This document shows positions 12,246 to 24,842 of a DNA stretch of 64,000 nt, piece by piece. Position numbers and translations under genes: made by a program. Positions within the stretch are counted from its first letter, which is position 1; each line of letters starts with the position of its first letter. The notes beneath the pieces were generated by a model. The model did not search any database. It had not been told where the DNA came from and saw nothing but the letters and a program-made list of their open reading frames with translations. This DNA is from Camelus dromedarius (lineage: Eukaryota): positions 9,300,001-9,364,000 of the forward strand of contig NC_087436.1 in the NCBI RefSeq assembly GCF_036321535.1, given 5' to 3'.

Positions 12246-13249
12246 TAGTACATAAGCCAATGGAGGGAATGAGAAGTGAAAGAATATGATTGTTTATTTT
12301 AAATTCTGTCCGTTTTGCAATTTCTGTTGGTTCTGTGTTTGCTTCATAAAGGTAAGTTACTAAAATATAACTAAATTTAAGAGTAGGCCAAAAGATAAAT
12401 TATTAGAAAAAATAGAAATATAGAACCATAATGATTTCAGATTACTTTGCCATTGTCTTTAGAATAACACTTACCTTAGAGAACTCAACTGAATATAGTA
12501 GGTGATGTTCCACGAGTGTAATTTATAAACGAAAGATGAAAAATGTTAGTCATTATTAAGATCACACCTACGGGAAAATTGACTCTACATAAAAGATTAT
12601 TGAATGAATGTACTTTTTTATGTTTTAAATGTAAGAGCAATGCTAATGATATATAGTGTAATTTTGTTAATGATCTGCCTGAGCCAATGCTTTACCTTAA
12701 CCAGCCAAGTATTGATCCCAATGAACATGAAACAATAATGCCTAATAACATACATAAATTGGAATATGAGAGGCTAGGTTTAAGATAAAAGAGAGTAATG
12801 GAAGTAGAGAACCCATTTAAGAGCCTTGACTTTACAGAGTAAGGACAAGTGGTGTGCATCAAAAATTTAATAGAATCAGATTATAAAAATGTGAGATCAC
12901 ATTAGATGATCTTTTGGGGACAATTTTGATTCTGTAAGTACAGGAAAGCAAGCCACTGTCTACTGTAGTATATAAAATAATGTGTAACCAAATATGTCTT
13001 TTTTTTCTCTAAGGAAAGTAATATTAAAAAAAACAAAAACTGGAAACATAAGGCTGCCTATGAGAATGGAATCAGCTAGAAAGCAAGGTGCTTGTGCGTA
13101 ACTTTGTAAATCAGACACTATTGTCAAATGTCTCTCTGTTCTGTGTGTGACAAAAAATAAATAAAGAATTAAGACCAGCAGTTAATCCACCAAGTTAAAA
13201 TTCTGTGTAAGCTCAGATCGGACCGTGCTTTGTTTATCCACATTTTGCA

Positions 13250-13521
13250 CATCACTCTCCCGTTATTATCTGCCGTCTACGGTGGTGACGTAAGGACATT
13301 CTTACCGTCAGACCTTGTTATTCCCTAGCCCTGTAACTGCTATTTCTATATTCCCTAGAATTCTCTTTATCTTGTCTCTTTGCCTTTCTATCCTAGTAGG
13401 CAATCATGTTGCTAGTTAACAGTACTCCAGTCCTGTTAATCATCAAATAATCTTTGTATTAAATGTTCCTTCTTCAAATTCCTGTGTGATTTCTGTTACT
13501 GACGGGACTCTGATTGTTACA
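13250..13521 (+). mobile_element. Ancient ERVL-class LTR 3' part (LTR33/LTR41-like)
   Basis: Ends attaaatgttccttcttcaaattcctgtgtgatttctgttactgacgggactctgattgttaca, like ERVL LTR termini. Confidence 0.45.
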
Positions 13522-14001
13522 AAAGTGGACTCTCCTTATCACCAGTGAAATCAATACACAAGCCCTTTCTCAGAGTTTTAGCATGATGCATTTCAACTCA
13601 CTGTAAGTTGTTGGACTGCTACTTCACAGAAGTTCTTTCAAATACTAGAACAGAATTAACTACAAAAATAGTTCTCTTTTTTGCATAGTTACATTACAAA
13701 CATTTTTCTAAGTGAGGTTTATGTGGGAAGAACATATTTATTATGCAATTGTCATTGATAGGAATTTTATTCAGATATAAATTGAGTGTGGTAAACTGTG
13801 CACATTTAACATAAAAAATGTGATGAGTTTTTAAAATTATATACTGCTATAAAATTGTCCCGGAATCAAAATAGAAGACATGCCCATTTCCCCTAAAAGA
13901 TCCCTTGTAAGATTCTTTATTAAAGTTCACTTTTCTCTTCATCTCCAATCATAAGCAACCACTGATTGTTTTTTGGCCACCATAAATTAGATTTTATTAT
14001 C

Positions 14002-14099
14002 TAAAATTATATATATATTAATTATATATAATTATAATAATATATAATTATACATAATAATTATATGTAATTAATATATATTAAAATTATATATATATA
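14002..14099. repeat. TA-rich low-complexity tract
   Basis: About 100 bp of almost pure A/T, bounded by two copies of taaaattatatatatat. Confidence 0.85.
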
Positions 14100-14571
14100 C
14101 TGAAAGAAGTCACATATATGATTTCTTTCAGTCAGTGTAATGATTTTGACATTCATCCATGTTCTTGCTTGTTTCAGAGGTTTGTTACTTTTCATTGCTA
14201 AGTATTATTCTATTGGATGGAGATGCCATAGTTGGTTTATCCATCACATCAATCCATACACACAGGACGTTTTCAAACCGAACTGCTATGAATCAATCTT
14301 TTATGAACATTCAGTTATAAGTCTTTGTTTAGACTTATCTTTTCATTTCCTTTGTGTAAATAACTTGGGACAAAATTGTTGGGTAATATGGTAGGTGTTT
14401 AACATTTTAAGAAACTGCCAAATCATTTCTTAAAATCATGTGTAATTTATATTCTCATTGACAATATATGAGTTCCTGTTTCTCCACATCTGCATCAAAT
14501 TTTCACTGCCAGTTTTAAAATTTTCACTTAAAGTAGATTTTAACAAAGACTTCATTAAATTTCTTAAGAAC

Positions 14572-14772
14572 TGATAGCATATGTAGAATAGATAAACAAG
14601 ATTATACTGTATAGCACAGGGAAATACATACAAGATCTTGTGGTACTCACAGCGAAAAAAAAAATGTGACGAATATATGTATGTTCATGTATAACTGAAA
14701 AATTGTGCTCTACACTGGAATTTGACACAACATTGCAAAATGACTATTACTCAATAAAAAATGTTTAAAAAC
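14572..14772 (+). mobile_element. Young 5'-truncated L1 3' end
   Basis: tagataaacaagattatactgtatagcacaggg...ctcaataaaaaatgtttaaaa. TSD atttcttaa(g/a)aac at 14559-14571 and 14773-14785. Same 3' type as 42774-43451. Confidence 0.9.
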
Positions 14773-14968
14773 ATTTCTTAAAAACAAATGATGTCCAACA
14801 TCATTACATGGGAAATGCAAATTGTAACTATATTAAGAAATTACTACCAAATGTTCACCAATGAATTGATTTAGCATTTTTGTTGACCAAATAAATGGGT
14901 ATACTCTGGCTTCTATTTGGTTCTATCAGTCTATAGGTTTAGCCTTTTGACAATTCCACAGCCTTGAT

Positions 14969-15152
14969 CAGAGTCACCAAACAATGACCCACAAGCAAAT
15001 TGGGCCTGCTGCTATTTTTTATAAATAAAGTTTTATTAGAACACAGGAATCTGAATTGTTTACATAATTATTTATTCAGCTTTCATGCTACAGTGGCAGA
15101 ACTCTGCCATTGTAAATGTGAAGAGACCAAATGCGTGGCCTACAAATGCTAA
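14969..15152 (+). mobile_element. MER58-like hAT-Charlie MITE
   Basis: ataaataaagttttattagaacacag...gctttcatgctacagtggcaga...gagacc..tggcctacaaa matches MER58A. Confidence 0.8.
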
Positions 15153-15439
15153 GAAAAAGTATGTGAACATGGAGTCTTGATTACTTTAAATGTACATGTA
15201 GAAATTGGGTACTTTTTTTCCAAATTTATTCTTTCATTTAAATTTACTTTGTAAGTTTATGATTCCTTATCAAATTTGGACTTGATCTTTACATGTTTTT
15301 CAAAAGTGTGCTTTACTTTGCCATAGTTCCATGTATAAATATTTGTTTTATATACAAGTATTTGTCACGTGTATATTTTATATATATATATAGTTTATAT
15401 TTATATTCATCCACATGTTTACCATTTATTATATTCATT

Positions 15440-17350
15440 ACTCATTCTTAAAGATTAGAATTTTCCTCTGGAATAATTAATTAAATTATGTTTATTTAAC
15501 ATTTCTCTCTTTTAATGGGGATTTGATATCAACAGCTTCTCCTAGATTTTCTTTATTTAAATCTACTTCACCTTAGTTGTTTTTTTTTAATTTTAGTCTT
15601 AAAAATGTTTTTCCAGTCTCTTTGTCCTGCATGGTTTCTGCACAGAAGTCAGAGGTCATTATAATAATTGTTCCCCTATATTTAATGTGTATTTTTCCAA
15701 TTTATTTCAAGCATTTCTATTAATATTGGCTTTTCAAGCATTTCTATTAACTTTGAGGTACTTGGGGGGGGTGTTTTTATTTACCCTGTTTTGATGGGCC
15801 TCTTGAATCTATAAATCTGTTTTTCTCTCATTTGGGGGATATTCAGCTATTATCTGTACGAACATTTTATTTGTTCAATTCGCTCACCTTTCTTCTTTTG
15901 GCATTTCAATTACCTGTATGTAGAACAATGAGTGAATAAAATGGGAAATAATATGCCACATATCTCAGGGGCTCTGACCATTTTTTTCATTAATTGTTTC
16001 TCTCTTCTTCAGATTGAATGATATTATAATTAATCTATCTTCCAACTTCCTAAACCTTTCCTCTGGCATCTCCTTTCTGCCATGAATCCCTGCCTCTCAA
16101 TATTTCACTTCAGAGATTACATTTTTCCCATTCTAAATTTTCCATTTAAAAATATTTTCTATTTCTTTGGTGAATTTTCTAAATTTAAGTCATTTTCCTC
16201 AATTACAAATATTAAGAACTGCTTTGAAGCCTTTGTCTGATAAAACCCACCTCTGGGTCACTTGGTGTCTGTTGATCTTCACTTTCTTGACAGAATTATG
16301 CCATGTGTAGTAGGGAAGAAGACATCTGACTCCACATGAGACCTGTTCCGTTAGCTCTAACCCTGGGCTCTGTTTCCTGGGCTCAGTCATGCTGGTTCTG
16401 CACCTTTTGTAAAAGGATGTTGCCTGGAGCCTGAAATAGACAGAAGTGCCCATTCTCAAGGCTCTGACCTTTAAAGGGATAACAATTTCCCATTCATATA
16501 GAGATAAAAGGTTGCAGAATAGAAAATAACATTTGTCTTGTTGGAGGTTTACAGGGACACTGTGACCTGACCTATCAGACAGCTGCAAGAATGAAGGAAT
16601 CTGACACTAAAAGTTTGCAGCAACCAAACATACCCCCTCTCCTTTTTCAGTATAAAAGGGGCCTGAATTCTGACTTGGTGAGATGGTTCTCTAGGATATT
16701 AGTCCCCCATCTTTTTTGGTCTGCTGGCTTTCTGAATAAAGTCGTTATTCCTTGTCCCAGCACCTCACCTCCCGATTTACTAGTGTGGCGAACAGAATGA
16801 GTTTGGACTCGGTAACACATTTACTTTACTTTTTATGTGCCATATAACTTGTGACTGTGTCCTAGACACTGAAAGCCATGTACCATGGACATTCTGAATT
16901 GTTTTACATTGTTTTGAATGGAGTTGATGTTTTTGTTTAGCAAAATCTAGGTTGGACCAAAAGTCTGCTGTACCTTTGGTAAGTGGGAGCTCAGATCTCC
17001 AATCGGTTGGCTTTTGGCTTCTCCTGTGCATGCACACAATCTTAGCAAACTCACATGTAGAGTTTGGAGTTTCTTTCTCTGGTTCTTTCATTCCCAGGGT
17101 TTGCTGATTCCTGCCTGGTGACCCTGATTCTCCAGGCTCCTTTTCTTTGGTTCTTCCTTCTAGAAATACAGCTGTACTTCCTTTTGGTCCATCAGCCACT
17201 CCAGCCCTAAAACAGGAAATGCATTCATGTGTGCCACTTCCTTTCAGGCTGAACTCCTCCAAATTCTCCCTGTATGTATTCACTCATCAGAGCCCCCATC
17301 AGATAGTTTTATTCCATACTCTGTCCAGAGTTTATAGCTGTCCTTTTGTT
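15440..17350 (-). mobile_element. Old L1 5' UTR/ORF1 remnant, interrupted by a solo LTR
   Basis: Antisense ORF1-type motifs (ggtttctgcacagaagtcag, attcagctattatct, caattacctgtatgtag, ttcagattgaatgat, atctatcttccaacttcc). Confidence 0.55.
16306..16817 (+). mobile_element. ERV (ERV1-like) solo LTR, 512 bp
   Basis: TGTAG...TAACA termini, TATAAAA at 16651-16657, AATAAA at 16735-16740, and flanks catg/catt (4-bp TSD with one mismatch). Confidence 0.85.
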
Positions 17351-19039
17351 GTCTAAAATAATTATGAGGTTTTTAAATGTCAGAATAATTCGTGATCACT
17401 TTAGACAGCAATACAGTCAAAGTTTAAAATAAATAACAAATGATCATTGATCTCTTAACTAATAAAGAACATTTACTTCAAAATTAACATTCTTATTTTG
17501 TATTCATGACTTAAATGTTCACATGACAAAATATTAGATATAGAATGCTTATCTTGGCATATTTTCTTTTAAAATCACGTGAAAATTTAGCATAAGTCTG
17601 ACTCTTGTAGTTTTATTATTCATTCAGAATTCCTAGATTTGAGGTCTGAATTTTATTTTTCTTTTGATGACAACAGTTATTTGCTAATAGTCCTTATAGT
17701 TTAATATATAGTTCACATTAGGTTATGCAAATAAATTTTATTAAAAACAATTCAGTTATAAATTAAATGAGCATCTACCTTTCTTCTGAGAATACTAATT
17801 TACTGTTAAAATAATGCCTTAGTACAATATGTATTGAATGCTATAAAGTACATACATTTTCACTTCAAGATTTTATTTTCAAAGAACATAAAAATATGAA
17901 ACTGCCTCATTTACTGTATGTTACTTTTTTTTAAAGAAAGACCTGTAAGACTTGTTCTTGATACTGCTTCTGAATCGTATACTCATTTCCATAGCGTTTC
18001 ATATTTTACTGTAGCTCTCAAATACATAACCTTTGCCAAATACCAAGCTTAGTTCAATCTCCCTCAGTGGTAATGCTAAACTTTCTTCCTAAAGCCTTAA
18101 ACTGTAACTTAATATCCCATTGTCTTGCTTCTCTGCACCGATTGGCTGTTCCCAAACACTCAAATGTCAGGTGTTTGAGTTTGGTAGCTGGGAGGGCTTT
18201 TCATCTTATTGTGGCTAGTGTGTTGCCCATTATTACCTGCACTTCTTTTTATGGGCAGGATAATGATATTCATGGGAAACTGTCTGCTAGGGAACTAGGC
18301 GGAACATTGCAGCAAATCTGCATCACAATGCACTGCCCTCTTTTTACTACTGTGAGATAGGAGTAGAACGTGGAGGACATTTCCTATGACCTTCACTGTT
18401 AAGTTCATGTAGAAAATCAGTTTGGGATCTGATTATTTAGGAGGACATGGCACCAGAATATTAATCAAGTAAAGGCATGCACAATTTGGAACCTGCCTTT
18501 TTTTTATTCCTCCTCAACCCCTCAGCTTCTTTTTTCCTCTTCTTTTTAAATAAAATATTTCCATTTTGAAAATTAAATGGAAGAAACAGGTCAGATTGTA
18601 GAACAATAACTTTTACAGGGACATATGAGGATCCTGTACTGACATAAAGCAGTGGATAAAGCAGTGGTTTTAGGAAGAGGCAATGTGAAAGAAAAGAGAA
18701 AAAAAAATTGATTATATTCTGACCTGGTATAATCACAGGCGAGTAATCTTGTAATGATAATTCTCTAGGTTATTGGGGGCCCACACACCCAGTTTCAGAA
18801 CCTCAGTCACTGTTGTAGACATCATGGTATACAGGTAGCTGTGAACAGGTACCACACCAGTAAAAGCTGAAGATTATTTTTCAGGCAAAATATTTATCAG
18901 CCCATATTTATTTGGAGATTTCCAAGCAATTTATTATGGCCAAAAATTCAGTGGTGGATGAAACCACTGAACCACGATAAAAAACTTGGAGTCATGTGTG
19001 GTAAATGGAAAGTAATTAAGTAATGCTAAATTGTAAATT

Positions 19040-19186
19040 GTAAACTATAATAAGTGCTATGAAAGAAAAGCATAGGGAGTTATGTGGCCGTATAACCAAG
19101 GGATCTAATTTAGCCCTAGTCTTAATAAAGTCTCCTTTAAGGAAGTAACATTGAGCAGTGAACTGAAGGTCAAGCAGAAACTAATC

Positions 19187-19219
<33 letters not shown>

Positions 19220-19990
19220 AGTATCATCTCCGTAGAAGACGGTTCAGTTTTATAGGGACTTGAAGTGTCACTGGTCACAGCATTTTTGAGAATATGCTAA
19301 AAGGTTGTTGTAATTGAAACCAAGAGAACACATGGAAAATAAACTCAAATGGGCTAAATAACACAGGACTTTGAAACGATGTTAAGGTTTGACTTTGTTC
19401 TACGAGCCATGAGAAATCTTGGAGGAGCTAACAGAAGAGCACTGGCAAGCTCAGATTTGCCTTTTGGATGTGATCTCTGGGGCCGGGCTGGGGTGATCAT
19501 TTTAAACGAGAGATGTAGGTATGAGGGAATTAATTAGAAGATGATCTGCTTTAGGAGGAGGTTTGCCTTGATGGAACATTGGACTAGTGTAGCGGTATCA
19601 TGAATGGAAAGACGTTAATTATCTGAGAGAGATTTAGTAAATTAAATAGAGTGGACCTGATGAGAGACTACTCCTTCTGTAAGCAGACCATCATCAAGGT
19701 TATACGGTTTCTGACTTGAACGACACTTGGCTGAGGATACTTTCACTGAGATGAGAAACAGCCTCAACATCCTTTTGTCATAAGCACAGCTTTGACTATG
19801 GTCAATGTAAGGTCCTGTTGAAATATGCTGGAGATAAGGTGGAGGAATCCATTGACTATGTAAGTGTGGAACTCAAAAGAGAACCCTGGGGTCAAGGTAC
19901 AAAGTTGAGAGACATTTATGTATAGTTGGGAAACAAAGTCATGAATATGAATAAAATCTGTTTCAGCATCCTGTCTCATATTCAAGAATC
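19040..19990 (-). mobile_element. L2 remnant with an internal poly-A run at about 19187-19212
   Basis: taagtgctatgaaagaaaa...ggaagtaacattgagc...gccatgagaaatcttggagg...ggtttctgacttgaac...ttcactgagatgagaaac are antisense L2 motifs. Confidence 0.7.
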
Positions 19991-20278
19991 AGGCCTTAAA
20001 AGGAATTTTAAGAAAGAAACAAGTGAGAAATAATGGGTCCTATAATGTATGAAAATGCACTTAATTTTCTTGCAATTATATGTAGTAAACTGAAGAAACT
20101 GGTAATAGTGATATAAAACTCAGACCAATTCTTCTCCTCGAAATATTGTTTTGTATATATATGTATACATTTTTCATTGAGTAATTTTTTTCTATTTTCC
20201 TGGAAATCATTTGCTTTCAAACCAATGGCTACCTTTGTAAAAAATTTTTGAGTTTTAAACATATTTAAACCTAATAGT

Positions 20279-20370
20279 TTTTTTTAATTGAAGTATAGTT
20301 GATTTACAATATTACATTAGTTGCTGGTGTACAGCAGAGTGGTTTATTTATACACATATATATTCCATTA
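20279..20370 (-). mobile_element. L1 extreme 3' end
   Basis: ttttaattgaagtatagttgatttacaatatt..ttagttgctggtgtacagca. Confidence 0.8.
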
Positions 20371-21202
20371 AAGATGTGTGTGTATATATATAAATATAAG
20401 TATGTAATATAAATATACATATATAAATTGTCAAGGTGTTTTTTTTTTTTTGAGTATGTACACAACACTGTAAGAATGGCAAACAACAGGTGACATTTTT
20501 GAAAATCCAGTAGACAAAATTCTAATAGGTTCATCTTCTTCCTCAGGGAGGAATGGACCATGCTGCTCAGATAGTCTTCTTATTTCACATCAAAAAATAA
20601 AACCACCTAGAAAGTAAAGGACCAAGTCTCCCCATAGGCACAAATAGATAAATAAATGGGTAGGTAGATAAACTGGTGATGTTTCTAACAACTCCAGAGT
20701 AGTTTTAGGTACATTTGAATTAAGGGACTGGAGTCCAGAGATGACCTGACACACTCAGTAGGCAGTTAAAATGCAGTAAGAGGACATGTAGATGAAATTG
20801 TTATGCTGGTAATTGGTGAATAAGTTTTTTTTTTTCCATTTTGTTCAAATTTTCCATCAGCTCATTAAACCCTATTTCTTTTCTGCTTAAAAATGGCTAA
20901 TATCTTTTATACTATTAGAGTAAAATTCAATGATGAGTAAATCATTCAGGCATTAAATTCTTTTATTCTAGATTGTATTTATCAACATGCTACTGTCATT
21001 CCCACTGTACATAAATTAATAGGCATCAAATCCAATTAGTACTTTTCAATTTTAATATTAACTTTTAGATTATCTATGTTGATATGTTTAAATAGGTCTG
21101 TGGTATGCTACATAAAATCAAGTAAGAAAGCATGATTTGATTTTTTTCTTAATTGTATTTAATTAATGTCAGGGATTAAGTTTTACAAATACATCTAGGT
21201 TG

Positions 21203-21622
21203 TGCAGCAACATGGATGGACCTAAAGATGATCATACTAAGTGAAGTAAGTCAGACAGAGAAAGACAAATATCATAGGATATCACTTACATGTGGAATCT
21301 AAAAAATGTTACAAATGAATTTATTTACAAAACAGAAACAGACTCACAGACATAGAAAACAAACTTCTTGTTACCAGAAGGAAGAGGGAGGGAAGGGATA
21401 AATTATAAATACAGGATTAGCAGATACAAACAGCTATAGAATAGATAAATAACATGATCCTACTGTATAACACAGGGAACTGTATTGAATAGTGTCTAAT
21501 AACCTATAGTGGAAAAGAATCTAAACAGGATATATATATGTTTGTATAACTGAATCGCTATGCTGTAGAGCAGAAACTAACACAACTTTGCAAATTAACT
21601 GTACTTCACTTAAAAAAAAAAA
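21203..21622 (+). mobile_element. L1 3' UTR with poly-A (artiodactyl type)
   Basis: gcagcaacatggatggacct...ctaagtgaagtaagtcagacagagaaagacaaatatc...cagaaactaacacaac...poly-A. Confidence 0.92.
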
Positions 21623-22299
21623 TCCCTTGACACATAAAAAAATAAGTCATCCTGGGTTACAAATATAAAGAATTTAAATTATGTTTAAATATTAAGATAC
21701 ATTTCCCACAAGTTTTTTGATTTGATTACAAGAAAAGAATAATTTTCATGCTGGCAAATGTGTCACACTTGTCATATTGTAAAATGTTTGCTATAAAATC
21801 CTTGATTGTCTTCTATGATACTATACAAAAAAAAATCAAACAAAGGTTATTTCCTTTATTAATCTACAATTGCTTTATCATTTGGCATTTTTCCAAATAC
21901 AAAGAATGGCGTTAAAGTCAATAATCTGCTCCCCAAAAATCAGATGGGCCGCACAGAACACAGCTACAGCTACTAGCCATTGTTTCCCGTGGGGAAGATT
22001 GTAAAAGTGCCATGTCAAGCTGGACCCATCAGACGATTCCTTAAAACTTGAGTGAAACACACCTATAGAAAACATCTACCATCCGAGGATGCAAAAAGAC
22101 TCTTTAAAAAAGAATCACTTTCTGTTCACTAACCATTTGATATGATTGTTAACGAACAATGGCTTTCTAATTCTGTAACACTGATGATTTTTTACCAGCA
22201 ATGTAAGACAATAAGCAAGTAAATTATATAAACAAAATAATTACAGGGAGTAGCAATCTAATAAGAAAACAGAATTGGTCAGTGAATAAAGAAAAGATT

Positions 22300-22522
22300 A
22301 ATATGCAGATAAATAAGTCATGGAGATGTATTACACAGCATAAAGAATATGGTCGATAATATTATAATAACTTTGTACTGGAACAGATGGTTACTAGATT
22401 TATTATGATGATCATTTTGTAATGTATTTAAATGTCAAATCTCTATGTTGTACACCTGAAACTAACATAATATTGTGCACCAACTATATTTCAATAAAAA
22501 TGAATAAATAAAATAAAATAAC
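22300..22522 (+). mobile_element. L1 3' end (older type) with A-rich tail
   Basis: aaataagtcatggagatgta...ctatgttgtacacctgaaactaacataatattgt...caataaaaa(taaaa)n. Confidence 0.85.
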
Positions 22523-23129
22523 AAATATTGAGTAGCTAAATTTCATTTTAAAAAATACAAATGACTGTTAAAAAAAGATATCTGAAGAGCTAGGAGAGAA
22601 GTTACCATTTAATGAGGACTACACTTTAGAATTTTAATCAGAACCATTCTCTGGATTTATGGTACATCCTTACACATACTGTCTTACTGAAGTTACATAA
22701 TACTTGGAGAAAGAGAATTACTTTACAAGTGAGGAAATGGAGGCACAGAGAGATCATGAAACTTTTCCCTGTATAAACCTTCCTCAGAAAAACAGTTTTG
22801 TTGGAAATAAGATATTGAAAGAGCTGAAACTATACCGAAATATCTTAAAAGATTCCAGAGGGGAAAACTGTTTAAAAAAATTTAAAAAATTAAAAATAAG
22901 ATCCAGAGTGGAAACTTTGGAGTACACAGTTGAAGTGGAATGAAAGTGAAAATTACTGATACTGAAAAAAACATCAATCAAGCCTGGTGTTTTTGATGTG
23001 CTGTACCATATATTTTGAAATTTATGTAATTACGACAGTAATTGGTTTTAAGAGGAAGCCAATGAACCACGTAGATAAATATCAACTGAATCTTGGAAAT
23101 CAAAAAACATAGAACCTGGGGGAGTAAAA

Positions 23130-23395
23130 GACATAGAATGTAAGCTCTGAAACCAGTTTTTCTAGATTCACATTTGACTTCATCATTTAATTACGTGACC
23201 ACGCCATTTACTCACTCTATTCTTCAGAGTCTGCATTTACAAAATGGGCACAGTAACCGTGATTATTTCCTGGGCACAGTGCATGAGATTATGAGATTAT
23301 ATAATAGCGATTATTAGTAAATAGTGATTAAGTGAATCAGTATGTGTGAAGTGCTTAGAATTCTCCCCAGATTAATATCAGGCACTCAGTTGATG
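23130..23395 (+). mobile_element. MIR SINE
   Basis: gtgacc..catttac..catttacaaaatggg...gtgaagtgcttagaa. Confidence 0.55.
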
Positions 23396-24254
23396 ACAAT
23401 GATGTTGTCAATGATGACGAGGTCAGAAGAATTCCAAGGAGAGGACTTTGCTTGGAGGTTGTAACATCAATCAGTGGTTGAGAAGCAGGATGAGAATTCT
23501 CCTCCTGGCTCTATGCTAGGAAACATAAGAATGAGTAAAAATTCCTACTGGTGTGGGATTAAAAGGAAGTGGGTTCTTTAAGATAAATTCAGGTATCAGC
23601 TAGGGATATACACACATCTTTTTAAAAAAAAATCAAAAACATTTAGCACGTATTGCTTTAAATAGTAGGAGAATATATAAAGAGGTGAAATTCCCAGGGG
23701 CCAAAACTAAAGATGGTGCTGAAAGTTACAGAGCTGAGTACCTGACCACCCCTTAGCTGCCTCTTGGGGATTTTGCTGGTCATGGATTGGCCATGCAGGT
23801 ATGGAAGGCAATGCTTTGGAACCACCTGAGTCAAAGTGGTGGTCCTCAGCGGCTACAGGATGACTGAAAGGAGGATTACAAAAGAAACCTGCCCACAGGA
23901 AAAGAGATGTGAAATCAAAGCAGCTTCTCTTTTGACCTGAGATCGTAGTAAGGGGAAAAAATAAATCTCCTCTAAGAAGTCACAATCTCAGACCCATCTC
24001 CAAATGGTCTTGGGTTTCCATGTTATAGCATCTGTGTGATCACTCCAACAAAAGGCTAGAATATTAGCATCAAAATGTAGTAACCTACCACTTAATCACT
24101 AGATCAGATTGCCTGCAAGCAAACGTCTGGCTGCCAAAATATACTCTTCAAACTGAATCTCAAAGGATTTCCATAGATTAAAGCAACAAAATACAAGGAC
24201 ACAATTCTAAATTACAAAATGAACAATAAAACAAACCACCACAAAAGATAATCA

Positions 24255-24388
24255 GGGGAGGAGCGGATGGTATAGCTCAGGGGTAGAGTGTGTGCTTAGC
24301 ATGCAGGAGGTACTGGGTTCAATCCCCAGTACCTCTGTTAGGAATATATAAATAAATAAACAAACCTAATTACCTCCCCCTCCAAACC
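24255..24388 (+). mobile_element. tRNA-Ala-derived SINE (camelid Vic-1 type)
   Basis: A-box tatagctcaggggtagag, AGC anticodon arm gcttagcatgc, B-box gggttcaatcccc, tail aaataaataaacaaacctaattacctcccc. TSD aaagataatca at 24244-24254 and 24389-24399. Confidence 0.9.
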
Positions 24389-24781
24389 AAAGATAATCAA
24401 GGGAAACAAACAAACAAACAAAAATAGCTGAATTAGAACGTTGTGAGACTCCAGAATATAAAACTATTAGCTATAGATGAAAAATGTAAATGTATAAATA
24501 TTGGGGGAAATTTAAAACATGATAAAATAATACACCATTAAGTGGTATACTTTAAAAAGAAATACAATTTCTAAATATTATATTAATAATTGAAATTCAA
24601 AGAATAAAAGGGTTAATCATCTGTTTAGGTATAACAGGCGATAATTAATACATTAGGAGATAGATCTGTAAACTCTTTCAGAATAGAACACAGAGAAATA
24701 AAGGAGTTGGGGAAAATGTAAGCGAGCTTAAAACCAAAGTAATATGAAATGAAAGAAGTAGAAAATTCAGAGGAAAGATTA

Positions 24782-24842
24782 AAAAAACCCAAAAAAACAA
24801 ACAAACAAACAAACAAAAAAACCAAAAAACCAGAACAAAACA
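24782..24842 (+). repeat. (AAAC)n/A-rich simple repeat
   Basis: Directly visible. Confidence 0.85.

Larger units (their letters stand above)
13765..14960 (-). mobile_element. Old L1M 3' region with internal TA-rich tract and a nested younger L1
   Basis: Antisense L1M 3' motifs (aaactgtgcacatttaa, aaccactgat, ttcatccatgtt, ttcattgctaagtattattctattg, gaaactgccaaa). Confidence 0.7.

Noticed and set aside
16199..17356. Cluster of 69-167 aa ORFs
   Set aside because: All lie in the solo LTR or the old L1 5' remnant and show no protein motifs.
24265..24337. tRNA-Ala gene (also about 30830-30900)
   Set aside because: Stems are imperfect, and the A-rich tail and TSD show a tRNA-derived SINE.
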